A DNA stretch of 64,000 nucleotides from Deltaproteobacteria bacterium (GCA_033763315.1 JANRKS010000023.1:32001-96000); one strand, 5' to 3'; positions 22,472 through 33,900 are shown, counted from the stretch's first letter. Program-made: numbers and translations. Notes: generated by a model not told the origin, from the letters alone.

Positions 22472-25400
22472 TTAGGCCGATGTTTGCACAGCCTCGGGGG
22501 CCGTTTGGGGGCGGCTCTCGGTGGCGATGCGGGCCTTGCCGGTCTGCGACCCACGCAGGTTGACGGCCACCAATTTGGAAACGCCCGGCTCTTCCATGGT
22601 CACGCCGCACAAGCGGTCGGCAATTTCCATCGTGCGCTTGTTGTGCGTGATCACGATGAACTGCGAACGATCCGTCATTTCCCGGATGCCTTCGGAGAAA
22701 CGGCCCACGTTGGCTTCATCCAAGGGCGCGTCCACTTCGTCCAAAATGCAGAACGGCGACGGTTTAACCAAGAAGATGGCGAACAACAGCGAAACGGCCG
22801 TCAGCGCCTTTTCGCCGCCTGACAGCAGCTCGATGTTTTGGCTGATCTTCTTGCCGGGCGGGTTGGCGATGATGTCCACGCCCGTTTCCAACATGTCTTC
22901 GGTGTTGGTGAGGGAAAGCTTCGCTTTGCCACCACCGAACAGGTGTGGGAACACCTCTTGGAACTTTATGTTGACGGCGTCGAACACCTCTTGGAAGCGC
23001 AGGCGCGACGTTTTGTTGATCTTGTCGATCGCGGCTTCCAACTGCGACAACGCCGACTCGAGGTCGTCTTTTTGGCTGGTGAGGAAGTCGAAGCGCTTTT
23101 GCAGCGTTTCGGATTCTTCGATGGCCGTCAGGTTGATCTCACCCATGCGCTCGATCAGGCCGCGCAGCTGGTCCATGCGATCGGCTTCTTCGTCGCCCAC
23201 GGGGGGCCGCAGGTGATGATCGTAAACGATGTCCAGCAGCTGCACATCGCGGTAGCGGCCTTGGATTTGTTCCTCCAAAGACGTGCGCTTCAGGCGCGCC
23301 TCTTGTTGGCGTAACGACAGCGACGTCAGCATTTCCGTGAGCTGAGACACCCGCTGGCGCAACGCCCGCGTCTCGGCCTCTTTGCGCGCCAAAGTGCCGC
23401 TGCGCTCTTCAAGCGCGGACTGCCGTTCGGCGTGATCCCGTGCCCGCGCTTCGGCCTCAGCCATTTGCAACGATGCCTCCTCGCGCAACCGGACGGCGTC
23501 CTCGGCCAACACAGACGCTTTTTCGGCCTGTTCGCCGCCCGTGCTGGTCAAACGTTCCACGCGCAGTTCGTGCTCTTGCGTCTCCCGGCGCAGGCGCTCA
23601 AGCGTGGCTGTGGCGTTGGCTCGCTTCTCCATGGCCTGCGACGACGACACCTTCAGATCGCTTAACGCTTGAACCATACTGTCCAGGCGTTCGCCCAGAG
23701 CCAAGGCTTCGGCACGTCGGGTTTCGGCCTCGATCTCGGCTGATTCGGCGCGCACCCGCTCCTCTTCGAGAACCGCCAACAACTCTTCGGCGCGGATGGC
23801 CGCTTGCTCATCGGCCTTGCGCAGATCCTCAGTGGACGCTGCCAGGGTGCGGCGGCGGCCATTGAATTGCTCACGCTCGCGGCGCACGCGATCCAAGTCC
23901 TTGCCCACGCCCAAGCGTTCCATCTGCAGTTCTCGCTCTTGGGCGAGCAGGCCCTGCAGGCGTTCCACCACGGCGGCAAGCTGTTGCTTGAGCGACACGT
24001 GGCGTTCCATCGCGCCTTCAAAGTCGCGGTCGATGTTGGCGACCAGCTCTTCAAGCTCACGGATCTCGCGCTTTTGGCTCAAAATGCCGCTGGTGGCCGC
24101 CTCGCGGGCGCCGCCTGTGACCACACCTTGTGCGTCCAGGACCTCGCCTTCAAGCGTGACCAACGTAGCCTTCGTCTTCTGCTCACGCCACAAGCCCAGG
24201 GCGCGGTCCAATGTGTCGACGACGATCACGTCGCCCAGCAGATAGGAGGCCACCTTATCGTATTGGCGGTCGTATCCCACAAGCTCAAGCAAGGGGCCCG
24301 ATATGCCCTCGCCCGTTGGCCACACGGTGGTGCTGGCGGATGGCGACGACGATCCGCCACCCAAAGCGTCGTACATGACCTCGGCGGATGCGCCACCACG
24401 CAAGGTCATGGGAATGAAGCTGGAACGTCCCTCGCTTTTTTCTTTGAGATACGAGATGGCCTCGACGCCCACCTCGTGGGATTCCACAACGATGTTGCCC
24501 AGGCGATCACCCAAGACCGCTTCAACGGCGGTTTCGAGTTCGCGGGGGGGCTGCACGATGTCAGCCACAAGGCCGCGCACAGAGCCGCCCAGCGTCCACG
24601 GCTTGGCTTCGCCGACCGTGTCTTGGCCCGGCTCCGCACAGCGCTGCATAATCGCGCGCACGCCACGCTGGAAGCTCTCATAACGCGCGGAAATTTCGCG
24701 CAACGATTCCAAACGCGAACGCCGACGGTGCGCCTCTTCGCGCAACGTCTCAAGGTGCATCTCGGACCGCGAGATGTCTTCCTTCAGCTTGCCTTGCTCA
24801 ACCTCGGCCAGCTGCTTGCGCTCTTGCACGTCGCTGTGGGTGCTGGCGATGATGCTTTGCCGCTCTTCGAGCGACATCGCCTCAAGTTCAACTGTCTCAA
24901 CGAGCGAGCGCGCCTCTTCGTCCTCCACCGTCACAGCTTCGATTCGACGGGCGAAATCCACCCGGCGCGTTTGCGCGGCTTCAGCCTCTGATTCGGCGCG
25001 TGCGATGCGTGTGCGAGCCGCCGCGGCCGTGCGGCTGGCTTCTTCTAACCTCTGGCGAGCGGTGGCCAGTTCCGTGCGCAGACCTTCATAAAGCGCCTCT
25101 TGCTCGACATACGCGGATCGAGACGAATCCGCCGCTTCAGCCAACACCTCAAGTTGAATTTCGAGCTCGGCAATCGTCTCGGCGTTTTCTGCGATGCGTG
25201 CCCGCAGATCTTCCACTTCACGGCCAGCGCTGATGGATTGCTCCATCAAACGGCGCGCCTCGTCTTCGTAATGCTGCGCGCGCTGCAGGCCCAGTTGCGC
25301 CTTGTTTGAGATCTCGAACAGGGCGTCTTTGGCGGCGGAAAGCTCGGCGGCTTCGCCAGCCAAGGCCAGCCGTTCGGCTTCTGTATAGCCCTCTTCCACC

Positions 25401-26218
25401 GTTAACGCGCGCGCCTTGTCCTCGTGTTCGCCGCCCAACTCTTCGCGGTGCGCAGAAATGGTCTTGTCTTCGGCCCACAGGCCCAAGAAGCGATGGGAAG
25501 CCTCCCACAACTCAAGGTCGCGCAGCTCCGCTTTGTATTTCTTATAACGCTCGGCTTTTTGCGCTTGCAGGCGCAGCGTCCGCAGGCGTGAATCCAGCTC
25601 GCCGATGATGTCCGACACGCGCAGCAGGTGCTGTCGCGTGCTGTCCATGCGGCGCTCGGCTTGTTTCTTCTTCGCCTTGTATTTCGTGATGCCGGCCGCT
25701 TCATCGATCAGCGTGCGGCGGTCTTCGGGCTTGGACGAAACGATGAAACCCACGCGGCCTTGCTCGATGATCGAGTACGCCTTCGTGCCCACACCAGTGC
25801 CCAAGAAGAAGTCCACGATGTCGCGCAAACGGCAGGGCACGCCGCCCAGCAAGTATTCGCTTGTGCCGTCGCGGTGGAGGCGACGGGTGATCATGATCTC
25901 TTCAGGGCTGGTCGCGCCCCAAGGCACGCCGCCCGGCGCCGATTCGCTGGCAATGTGCCGTGCGTCGAAGGTCAGCGACACCTCAGCCAAGCCGGCAGGG
26001 CCCCGCGACTCAGAGCCGGCGAAGATGACGTCCTCCATGGCACGCCCACGCAGGTGCTTGGCGGATTGCTCGCCCATGCACCAACGGATCGCATCGACGA
26101 TGTTCGACTTGCCGCACCCGTTGGGGCCTACGATGGCCGTAATGGGGTCGGGGAACGTAACGATCGTGCGATCGACGAAGGACTTGAATCCCGTGATTTC
26201 GAGTTTTTTGATTTTCAT
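22472..26218 (-). CDS. smc: Chromosome segregation protein SMC
   Basis: GFKSF, GPNGCGKSN, long coiled coils with hinge, LSGGEKAL, LDEVDAPLD. Confidence 0.98.
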   Translation of the reverse strand: MKIKKLEITGFKSFVDRTIVTFPDPITAIVGPNGCGKSNIVDAIRWCMGEQSAKHLRGRAMEDVIFAGSESRGPAGLAEVSLTFDARHIASESAPGGVPWGATSPEEIMITRRLHRDGTSEYLLGGVPCRLRDIVDFFLGTGVGTKAYSIIEQGRVGFIVSSKPEDRRTLIDEAAGITKYKAKKKQAERRMDSTRQHLLRVSDIIGELDSRLRTLRLQAQKAERYKKYKAELRDLELWEASHRFLGLWAEDKTISAHREELGGEHEDKARALTVEEGYTEAERLALAGEAAELSAAKDALFEISNKAQLGLQRAQHYEDEARRLMEQSISAGREVEDLRARIAENAETIAELEIQLEVLAEAADSSRSAYVEQEALYEGLRTELATARQRLEEASRTAAAARTRIARAESEAEAAQTRRVDFARRIEAVTVEDEEARSLVETVELEAMSLEERQSIIASTHSDVQERKQLAEVEQGKLKEDISRSEMHLETLREEAHRRRSRLESLREISARYESFQRGVRAIMQRCAEPGQDTVGEAKPWTLGGSVRGLVADIVQPPRELETAVEAVLGDRLGNIVVESHEVGVEAISYLKEKSEGRSSFIPMTLRGGASAEVMYDALGGGSSSPSASTTVWPTGEGISGPLLELVGYDRQYDKVASYLLGDVIVVDTLDRALGLWREQKTKATLVTLEGEVLDAQGVVTGGAREAATSGILSQKREIRELEELVANIDRDFEGAMERHVSLKQQLAAVVERLQGLLAQERELQMERLGVGKDLDRVRREREQFNGRRRTLAASTEDLRKADEQAAIRAEELLAVLEEERVRAESAEIEAETRRAEALALGERLDSMVQALSDLKVSSSQAMEKRANATATLERLRRETQEHELRVERLTSTGGEQAEKASVLAEDAVRLREEASLQMAEAEARARDHAERQSALEERSGTLARKEAETRALRQRVSQLTEMLTSLSLRQQEARLKRTSLEEQIQGRYRDVQLLDIVYDHHLRPPVGDEEADRMDQLRGLIERMGEINLTAIEESETLQKRFDFLTSQKDDLESALSQLEAAIDKINKTSRLRFQEVFDAVNIKFQEVFPHLFGGGKAKLSLTNTEDMLETGVDIIANPPGKKISQNIELLSGGEKALTAVSLLFAIFLVKPSPFCILDEVDAPLDEANVGRFSEGIREMTDRSQFIVITHNKRTMEIADRLCGVTMEEPGVSKLVAVNLRGSQTGKARIATESRPQTAPEAVQTSA

Positions 26219-26238
26219 CGGGGCTCGCGGTTGGCTGT

Positions 26239-26317
26239 CCGAAGGGTTGCCGAAGGTTTACCAGAGGGCCGTGACCATACGTGACCATACCAGTCACGGC
26301 ATGACCTTAGGTACCAT
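26239..26317. repeat. Helically phased short direct repeats in the smc/ftsY divergent region
   Basis: CCGAAGGGTTG/CCGAAGGTTTA (11 bp), then GTGACCATAC x2 (10 bp), then TGACCTT and GTACCAT. Confidence 0.6.
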
Positions 26318-26522
26318 TGTATCCGGCAGGGTGTAAAGGCCGCAAACCGAGGCCAATCCGCGCCCGCGAGAAACCTGAACGTGCACGCAGACTTGCGCGA
26401 TCCAGAAAAAACACAGGCCCGGGCGGCGCCCGGTATGAAAAGCGATTGGCGCACCATTTCAATGGGCAAAAGCATAGCGGATTGCCCCATTGCCAGCCGC
26501 TTTGCTATTTTGGCGGCGCACT

Positions 26523-27794
26523 ATGGACGCCCAATCGACTGATCTTATATCGCTAGCTGTTGTCGCGGCCGGTTTGGTTGGCTCTGGATCGGCTGCCTAC
26601 TTCGTGGCGAAGCGGGCACGCCAGCGGCGCCGCGAACAGATCGAAGCGTCCGAGCCAAAGTCGGTTCAGAAGCGTCGGCCAGCGTTAAGCGATCTTTTAG
26701 ATGAAGAAGAGCCTCAGGCGGCCAAGCCCGAGGCAGACGCATCCAAGGCGCCGGCCCAGCGGGAGTCTCAAGCACCATTTGAGGCGGAGCCCGCAATCAA
26801 GGGCAAAACGGCACCCGCCCCCCAGCTGTCCCAGGCCAAACCCGAACCGAAAGTTGAGGAGGCAAAGGCGGCCCTCAAGCAAGGGCTCGCCCGCACGCGT
26901 TCGGGGTGGGTTGCCAAACTGGGCCAAATCTTTTCGGGTAAGAAAGAACTTAATCCCCAAGTTGTTGAGGAGCTTGAACGCGTCCTGCTCACCGCCGACA
27001 TTGGCGTAAAGACGGCCAACGCTTTGTTGGACGACATCCGCTCAAGCCTTTCGCGCAAAGAGCTGACCAGCAACGACGCCGTGTGGACTCGCTTGAAGGA
27101 GCGCACGTCAGAAATCCTGACCATTGAGTCGGCACCATTGGATCTCACCCGCGCCAAGCCGTTCGTGCTGCTGGTCATTGGCGTCAATGGCACCGGCAAG
27201 ACCACAACGATTGGGAAGCTGTCTGCCAAGTTGTCGCAGGAAGGCCACAAGGTCCTGCTTGCGGCGGGCGACACGTTCCGTGCCGCGGCCGTGGAACAAC
27301 TTGAGGTTTGGGGAGGCCGCACCGGTTGCCCGGTCGTCAAAGGCAAAGAAGGAGCAGACCCCTCGTCGGTGTTGTTCGAGGCCGTCAAACGCGCGCAAAC
27401 TGAAAACTTCGATGTGCTTATCGCGGACACCGCCGGCCGCTTGCACACAAAAACCGATTTGATGTCGGAGCTTGAGAAGGTGGGACGGGTCTTAAACAAG
27501 GCGATGGATGGCGCGCCTCATGAGACGTGGCTGGTGCTCGATTCAACGAGCGGCCAAAACGCAATCGCCCAGGCGCAGATCTTCACCCAAGCGATGAAAG
27601 TCTCTGGCATTGTGCTGACCAAGCTCGATGGCACCGCCAAGGGCGGGGTCATTTTGGGCATCACCGATCAGCTCAAAATTCCCATCCGCTATATTGGCGT
27701 GGGTGAGCGCGTGGAGGATCTGCGCACGTTTGATGTTGGTGAGTTTGTTGAAGCGCTGTACGAACGAGACGATAACGAACAAGTCAACGCTTAG
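26523..27794 (+). CDS. ftsY: Signal recognition particle receptor FtsY with N-terminal TM helix
   Basis: [40 protein letters not shown]. Confidence 0.97.
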   Translation: MDAQSTDLISLAVVAAGLVGSGSAAYFVAKRARQRRREQIEASEPKSVQKRRPALSDLLDEEEPQAAKPEADASKAPAQRESQAPFEAEPAIKGKTAPAPQLSQAKPEPKVEEAKAALKQGLARTRSGWVAKLGQIFSGKKELNPQVVEELERVLLTADIGVKTANALLDDIRSSLSRKELTSNDAVWTRLKERTSEILTIESAPLDLTRAKPFVLLVIGVNGTGKTTTIGKLSAKLSQEGHKVLLAAGDTFRAAAVEQLEVWGGRTGCPVVKGKEGADPSSVLFEAVKRAQTENFDVLIADTAGRLHTKTDLMSELEKVGRVLNKAMDGAPHETWLVLDSTSGQNAIAQAQIFTQAMKVSGIVLTKLDGTAKGGVILGITDQLKIPIRYIGVGERVEDLRTFDVGEFVEALYERDDNEQVNA

Positions 27795-27885
27795 CCCCAC
27801 TTCCCTTCGACGAGCATCCTGTGGCATTGTTCGTCAGGCGAGTTCCCACCCCGGCCATTTAAATTGTTTGAGTATCGGACGGGCG

Positions 27886-27894
27886 TGATATAGT
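27886..27894 (+). promoter_or_regulatory. Possible extended -10 promoter for the OMP pair
   Basis: TGaTATAGT about 105 bp upstream of the 27998 start, with AT-rich DNA upstream. Confidence 0.35.
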
Positions 27895-27997
27895 GCGACT
27901 CCTTACGTTCGCCTTAACATAGTGAAATCGCTAGTATTTCTCGCCGCCAGGCATCCCCCGGTAACTCCAGGTATTCAGGACCCCACACAGGGAAAAC

Positions 27998-28894
27998 ATG
28001 AGGCGACTCTTTCTCGGCCTGCTTCCGTTTATTGGTTTGTCGATCTGGGCTTCTCCCGGACAAGCCCAACAAGCTGCTCCCAACACCCCGGCCAAAGCTG
28101 CCGAGGGTGATCTTGCGAACGAACCTGAGCCCGATCTGAGCTCAGAGCCGTTGGGCGAAGATCCCCTCGCCGATCCCGCTGCGAAAAAGGCGCCCGCGGC
28201 GAAACCGGCTGTCGATGCGCAAGCTAAAGCCAAGGCCGCCGCATCCGACATCGTTGTGATCCCTCGACGGTCCTTCCTGAAGGCTGGCCGCCTCGAGTTG
28301 CAACCATTGACAGGTGTCTCGGTCAACGACGTGTTGATTCGCCACTGGGGCTTTGGCGGCGACCTGAACTACTTCCTCAGTGAAGTGTTCGCGGTGGGCC
28401 TGCAAGGTATGTACTTCGTAAAGGAGCGCACCGATCGCGAAGGATTGGTGGGCCTGCAGTACAACCGCATCGCCACCATCAACCGATACCACTGGACGGC
28501 AGCGCTGAACTTCACCTACCTGCCGGTGTATGGAAAGTTCTCGCTCTTCAACAAGTACATCATGCACTGGGAGGGTTACATTTCGGGCGGCGTCGGCATG
28601 ACGAAGACCGAAATCATCCCACGCCGGTCGCAAGATGAAACCTTCAGCACGAATGCCATCACGGCGAACCTTGGTGCGGGCGGCCGCCTGTATGTGCTGG
28701 ATTGGCTGACGTTCAACGTAGGTCTGCGAGACTACGTGTTCAACGACAAGTTTGAGCCCACGAGCCGCGTGCCGGGTCAGGACATCGCGACAGTGAAGAA
28801 GAATGCGGACGACCAGTTCAAGAACAACGTCATGTTGTACATCGGCGTGGGCTTGTACCTGCCGCCCTCGTTCAACTACCGTTCACCTCGCTAA
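27998..28894 (+). CDS. Myxobacterial outer-membrane beta-barrel protein (GltA/GltB-like)
   Basis: Signal peptide, IVVIPRRSFLKAGRLELQP..SVND, PVYGKFSLFN, terminal GVGLYLP. Confidence 0.75.
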   Translation: MRRLFLGLLPFIGLSIWASPGQAQQAAPNTPAKAAEGDLANEPEPDLSSEPLGEDPLADPAAKKAPAAKPAVDAQAKAKAAASDIVVIPRRSFLKAGRLELQPLTGVSVNDVLIRHWGFGGDLNYFLSEVFAVGLQGMYFVKERTDREGLVGLQYNRIATINRYHWTAALNFTYLPVYGKFSLFNKYIMHWEGYISGGVGMTKTEIIPRRSQDETFSTNAITANLGAGGRLYVLDWLTFNVGLRDYVFNDKFEPTSRVPGQDIATVKKNADDQFKNNVMLYIGVGLYLPPSFNYRSPR

Positions 28895-28912
28895 AGCTCG
28901 CGGAGCCACCTC

Positions 28913-29719
28913 ATGATCAAGAAGACGATGCAGTTTTTCAGCGCACTGGTGTTGGCCGCGACGTTGCCAACGGTTGCCTCTGCTCAGGAATTGGTTGATC
29001 GCAAAAGCCCCCTGGCGGATGCACCCGCGATTCGCCACCGCGTTGAGTTGCGCGACAAGCGCTTTGAGGCCGGTGTGGGCCTCGGCAGTTCAATCGCTGC
29101 CGAGTTTTATCATGCCGTGTTCGTTAACCTGCGGTTGGCGTTTCACATCAATGACTGGATCACCATCTCGGGCACATTCGGCCAGAACGTAACGCCCAGC
29201 CTCAAAACCGGCACGGCCGAGCAGCTGGTGCGGACCCTGCCCGACAGTGCCACCGAGGCAACCAACACCAACACGGTGACGAAGAAAAACGCGCTCGGCG
29301 CGATGAACCGCATGGGGCAGATTCTGGGTCTGCAGGCCGAGTTGTCGCCCATCACGGGCAAGATGGCCTTGTTCAGCAAGCTGTTCATGCACTACGACGT
29401 CTATACTTTGGGCGGCGTCGGCGCTGTGAATTTCACGGCGGATCTCGACAAGTGCGCGATGCCAAAAGCCGATGAATCGTGTCCCGATACCGGCATGAAA
29501 ATCGGCGCCAACGTGGGCCTGGGCATGCATGCGTTTTTCAACGACTGGCTGGCTTTGAACCTCGAGATCAAAGACATGCTGGTGAAGACCAACCGCGCAG
29601 GCCAGGACACCAACGGTGACACCTTCGCAGACAAGAACGATCTCAGCCTGACGCACAACTTGATCTTCGGTGCGAACCTGGCCTTTTTCTTCCCTACGGT
29701 GCCGAAAATCACCGACTAG
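28913..29719 (+). CDS. Second myxobacterial outer-membrane beta-barrel protein (GltA/GltB-like paralog)
   Basis: Signal peptide, AIRHRVELRDKRFE, PITGKMALFSK, terminal LAFFFP. Confidence 0.75.
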   Translation: MIKKTMQFFSALVLAATLPTVASAQELVDRKSPLADAPAIRHRVELRDKRFEAGVGLGSSIAAEFYHAVFVNLRLAFHINDWITISGTFGQNVTPSLKTGTAEQLVRTLPDSATEATNTNTVTKKNALGAMNRMGQILGLQAELSPITGKMALFSKLFMHYDVYTLGGVGAVNFTADLDKCAMPKADESCPDTGMKIGANVGLGMHAFFNDWLALNLEIKDMLVKTNRAGQDTNGDTFADKNDLSLTHNLIFGANLAFFFPTVPKITD

Positions 29720-29736
29720 ATTCGTGTGCGCCCCCA

Positions 29737-30399
29737 CTACGAGGGGTTAGAGTCGATTGGCAGCCCTTCCAGCAGCAGCGCCCGGCGCTCTTCTTGAAGG
29801 GCTGTTTTGCGTCCAAGCATTTCGCGCCACACGGATGAAAGCATGCGTAGCTCTAGCCCTGAAGCACCCCGAGCCTGACGGGCACGGATGGCACGGTCGA
29901 CCCGCTCAAGGCTTTCCAAAAGTGTCTGCTCGGCTTCGATCACCCTTTGAACGCGCTCGCCCAAATCGCCCGCGTGGCGACGAAGGAAGCGTTCTTTCTC
30001 GGCCAAGGCTTCGTCCAGTTTGGTCTTCGAGGCGTCGTAAGCTTGGGCCTCGCGCAGAAGGTCAAGCGCGGCCCTTTGAAGCGCAGCTCGCTTGTGCTCA
30101 AGGGCGGCGCGGGCGGCTTGGGCCCGGTGCAGCGCTGCCATTTCAACTTCGTGCTTGTCGTCCATGGTTCCAAGCACGCTGTTGAACAAGGCGTACCAGC
30201 CAGCGCCGGTTAACCGCTGCAGCTCAAGCAGCACCTCGCGCTCCGCGCGCGACTGCGTTTCGATTTCGTCGTCCAGCTGAACAAGGTCGGCGACCAACCG
30301 CTGCAGGCCCTTGTGAGCGCGTTCAGCCCTCACCCATTTGGCATGGGCCGCCACCAACGCTTCATCAACTTGCTCCGCCTCCGTCTTGCGAAAAGGCAT
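29737..30399 (-). CDS. Hypothetical coiled-coil protein
   Basis: Heptad-rich helical ORF. GGAGG RBS before the ATG at 30399 (alternative start 30423). Confidence 0.65.
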   Translation of the reverse strand: MPFRKTEAEQVDEALVAAHAKWVRAERAHKGLQRLVADLVQLDDEIETQSRAEREVLLELQRLTGAGWYALFNSVLGTMDDKHEVEMAALHRAQAARAALEHKRAALQRAALDLLREAQAYDASKTKLDEALAEKERFLRRHAGDLGERVQRVIEAEQTLLESLERVDRAIRARQARGASGLELRMLSSVWREMLGRKTALQEERRALLLEGLPIDSNPS

Positions 30400-30442
30400 C
30401 CTCCACCTCCCCTGCCCGCTCATAGCTTAACGCCACACGAAT

Positions 30443-30850
30443 TCAATCGCACGCGCTTTGCGCAAGCCCCACCTGCAAGCGACGGCAGATAACGGGGCTC
30501 TTATCGGAGGCGGGGCTTTCATAGGACAGTTCCACTTTGTCGCCCACGGTGCCCTCGAACAGCCCTGATGTATAGGCACCCGAATCGGTCGCCTTCACAA
30601 TCACGCCCAGGCCTAGACTTGCGTTGAAGATGTAAACGCGCGCGTTCTTCATCGATTGGCTCATGGGCCCCGACACTTGCCACACCTGCCGCTCGGCCCC
30701 CATCGCATCAAGAACTGTGATGGCCTGGAACGTCGGCTCGCTGGGCGGCGGCACCGGGATGAAATTTGAATTGCACCCCAAGAGCACCAACGCGCAGACG
30801 CTCCAAAGAGCGGCGGAGCGAAGGAGGGTTTGTCGAAGGATTTTGCGCAT
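30443..30850 (-). CDS. Small lipoprotein, probable Ig-like beta-sandwich
   Basis: Lipobox LLGC, IPVPPP linker, beta-strand-rich domain, C-terminal Cys pair. Confidence 0.75.
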   Translation of the reverse strand: MRKILRQTLLRSAALWSVCALVLLGCNSNFIPVPPPSEPTFQAITVLDAMGAERQVWQVSGPMSQSMKNARVYIFNASLGLGVIVKATDSGAYTSGLFEGTVGDKVELSYESPASDKSPVICRRLQVGLAQSACD

Positions 30851-30870
30851 GAGCAGGCGTTAGAGTTTAA

Positions 30871-30886
30871 AGCAAAGCGTGTTCCA
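30871..30886 (-). promoter_or_regulatory. Sigma54 (-24/-12) promoter of the lipoprotein gene
   Basis: TGGAACACGCTTTGCT, with GG-N10-GC spacing matching TGGCACG-N4-TTGCW. Confidence 0.7.
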
Positions 30887-30913
30887 GGGGAGCCCGGAGG
30901 CAGGGGCCCGTGA

Positions 30914-30926
30914 ATTCAAACACTTA
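30914..30926 (+). promoter_or_regulatory. IHF-like site
   Basis: ATTCAAACACTTA versus WATCAANNNNTTR (1 mismatch), lying between the upstream sites and the sigma54 box. Confidence 0.45.
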
Positions 30927-30947
30927 TGGCGCAAATACCGAGAATGT

Positions 30948-30987
30948 GGGCCAACAAGATGGCATCTGACTGTCAACCAAGTTGGCA
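30948..30987. promoter_or_regulatory. Tandem putative enhancer (activator-binding) sites
   Basis: GGGCCAACAAGATGGCA and the imperfect palindrome TGTCAAC-CAA-GTTGGCA, 23-bp period. Confidence 0.55.
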
Positions 30988-30990
30988 CGC

Positions 30991-33900
30991 TTAGGAGCTT
31001 GCGGCAAAGCCATACCGGCGCATCTTCTTCTGGAGGCCGAAGCGAGATAGACCTAAGGCTTGGGCCGCGCGCGTCTGGTTACCGTCGAATTTCGACAACG
31101 CCTCACGCAACAGGCCCTTTTCGAGGCGCTCCACGCGCAGTTTGAGATCCATGTCCTCGGCATCGAGGGACGGCGCCAGCGCTGGACCCATAGGGGACGC
31201 GAGGTGAGGCGATAGATCGCTGACCTCAATCGTTTCACCAGCGAACGCGGTGGCGCGGCCCAATTCATTTTCAAGCTCGCGCACGTTGCCCGGCCACCTG
31301 TAGGCGCACAGCCGCGATAGCGCGTCGGAAGAGATATGGCGGGCGCGCACACCCGCCTTTTCCTTCCACTGCGAAAGAAAGTGTCGCACCAACAGCGGAA
31401 TGTCCTCGGCGCGGTCGCGCAACGGCGGCAGTTGCACGCGCACAACCGCCAGCCGGTAAAATAAGTCCTGCCGAAACTGGCCCGACGCCACCATCGCAGC
31501 CAGATCTTTGTTGGTGGCCACGATCAGCCGCACGTCGGTTTTTTCGCTGCGCTGGCCTCCCACGCGTCGGTATTCCCCTTCTTGCAACACCCGCAAAAGC
31601 TTGCCCTGCAAGGCGGGCGACATCTCGCCCACTTCGTCCAGGAACAGCGTGCCCTCGTTGGCGATGGCGAACAGACCACGTGTGTCTCGATCAGCCCCTG
31701 TGAAGGCCCCCCGCGTGTACCCGAACAAGGTTGATTCGAGCAAGGTCTCAGGAATGGCCGCGCAGTTTTCAGTCACGAAGGCTTTCGCCTTGCGGGGCCC
31801 ATTGGCCACCAGCGCGCGGGCCACCAGCTCCTTGCCTGTGCCGCTTTCGCCTTGAATGATGACGGGGAGATTGGTTTCGCTCACCCGATCCAACAGGCGC
31901 AGCAATTCCATCATGCGGGGCGATCGCCCGATGATCTGGTTGTAGTCGAACCGCAAAGCGAATGTTTCGCGGCTTTCGGAAAGTTCAACACGCATGGACG
32001 AGATCTCTTCTTTGCGTGCGGCGAGATCCTTTTCCAAGCGGCGGTTAAGCGATTCGATCTGGCGATCGCGGCGTTGCAACTCGCTCACCAAGCGGGCGTT
32101 GCCGATGGCCAAGGCGGCCAGCTCGGCGAAATCGAGCAAAGTCGACGCATCGGCTTCGCCAAACGCCCCCTGGCGCAGGCGGTTATCAACATAGATGGTG
32201 CCTTCGACTTGCCCTTTGATTGTCAAAGGCACCGCCACCACCGACCGCAGCTGCAAATCGCTGACGGAAAGCGCCTGACGAAAACGTGCGTCGTCAGCGG
32301 CATCCACGGTGATCACGGGTGAGCCTGTGCGCGCCACTTGTTCGGCAATGGAACGCGAGAAGGCCAGTGCCGCACCTTCCAGCGATGTTTGTTCTATGTT
32401 GCGCGCGGCACGAACCACCAGGTCGCCCTGTGCGTCTCGGAGCAAGAGAAAACCACGTTCGGCTTCGGTTAGCTCGATGATGGTGTCTAGAACTGTTTCG
32501 AGCAGACGCGGCAAACGCAGTTCGCTGTTCAAACGTTTGCTAAGCCTCACGAACCTTCGCAGTCTCGCTTGGGCTGACGCCAGCCGCTCGGCCATTTGCA
32601 CCACCGCACCGCCCGAGCTGGCACCGTTGTTTTGGGCCCGCCAGCTTCCGAGCCAAACGGCGTCTGGATCGGCATCGAGGGCGGCGTGATGGGCAGCGGG
32701 TGAGTGCATTTTGATCTCCTCTTGCATGCGGTGGGCGAGCGCAAAACACTGTTCGCTTTCGGGCGCGTTGCCTAGGGCTGCGAACAAACGCGCCGCCAAG
32801 ATGGCCGAACGAAGCGCGCGCGGGCGGCGCAGGTTGTTGGCATCACTGGTGGCTTCGTCGCGCAAACGTCGAGCGGCTTGCAGGTCCGCGGCCCCGGAAC
32901 GCAACGACAAGCGTGCGTTGATCCATTGGACCTGGGTGACGTCGACGTTCGCCTGGCTGGTGTGAGCGACGGCCAGGGTTGCCGCTTCCGTTGCGCCCGC
33001 TTCTGCGTGAGCCTCGGCGCTTGCCAGCCACGCAAGCGACGAGGACAATGGATCGCTGTTGCGTGCGAAGGCCTGCGCCGCTTCGGCGTGGTGGGCGGCA
33101 GACGCGGCAAATTCACCTGCGTGCCACGCCGCCGTGCCCTCCAAACTGGCGAGCCATGCGAGAGGCGCGTTTTCACCCAGCGCTAAGGCCGCTCGCGAGA
33201 TCCGACCCAATGCCGCACGCACAGCGGCTTGGTCACGCAGACGCGCGAAGAGCAACCCAGCGTTGAAAGCCGCGGCGTTCGCGTCACCAAAAGCACCAAC
33301 ACGCAGCAGATCGTCGAAGGCGCGGCCGAAAGCCTGCAAAGCTTCGCTGTAGCGGCCTTGCTCTGACAACACCATCGCCAGGTTCAGGCGTGCGTTGGCG
33401 TGGCCGTGAACGTCGCCCACTTTTTCATATGCGGTGATCGCCTGATCATAGGCAGCCTGCGCGCCTTGCAGATCGTGACGGAACTGCGCGGCGATCCCAC
33501 TGATGGCGAACGTCCGACCGATGGATTCATCATCGATCTGCGCGCTTAACCGGGCCTGCAGCTGCACCACCGCGGCTTTGGCTTCATCTGCCCGACCAAG
33601 GTAAGCCAGGCACAAAGCTCGACACTCGTCCACAAGGCGAAGTGTTTCTGGGTCCCCGGCGTTTGCCTTTTGGGCAAGCGCCAAAGCCTCTTCATGTTTG
33701 CCCGCAGCGATGGCGACGCGGCAACGTTGCGCCGCGAGGCGCGCCGACGCCAGCGCGGCCTCTGTGGGATCGAAAGCCGTCTCTGTGGCGATGAGCGATT
33801 GAGCGTTTTGCAGCACCGTCACGGCCTTGGGCAGATCACCTTGTCGCCGCGCGAGCCACGCGGCCGTTTCGGCCAACATAACTTGGGCCGCCGGGGATCC

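Noticed and set aside
26271-26290. Direct repeat as CRISPR or parS
   Set aside because: Only two adjacent 10-bp copies with no spacers, and no match to TGTTCCACGTGGAACA.
27795-27997. Possible SRP or 6S RNA downstream of ftsY
   Set aside because: No SRP domain IV motif or long hairpin was recognised.
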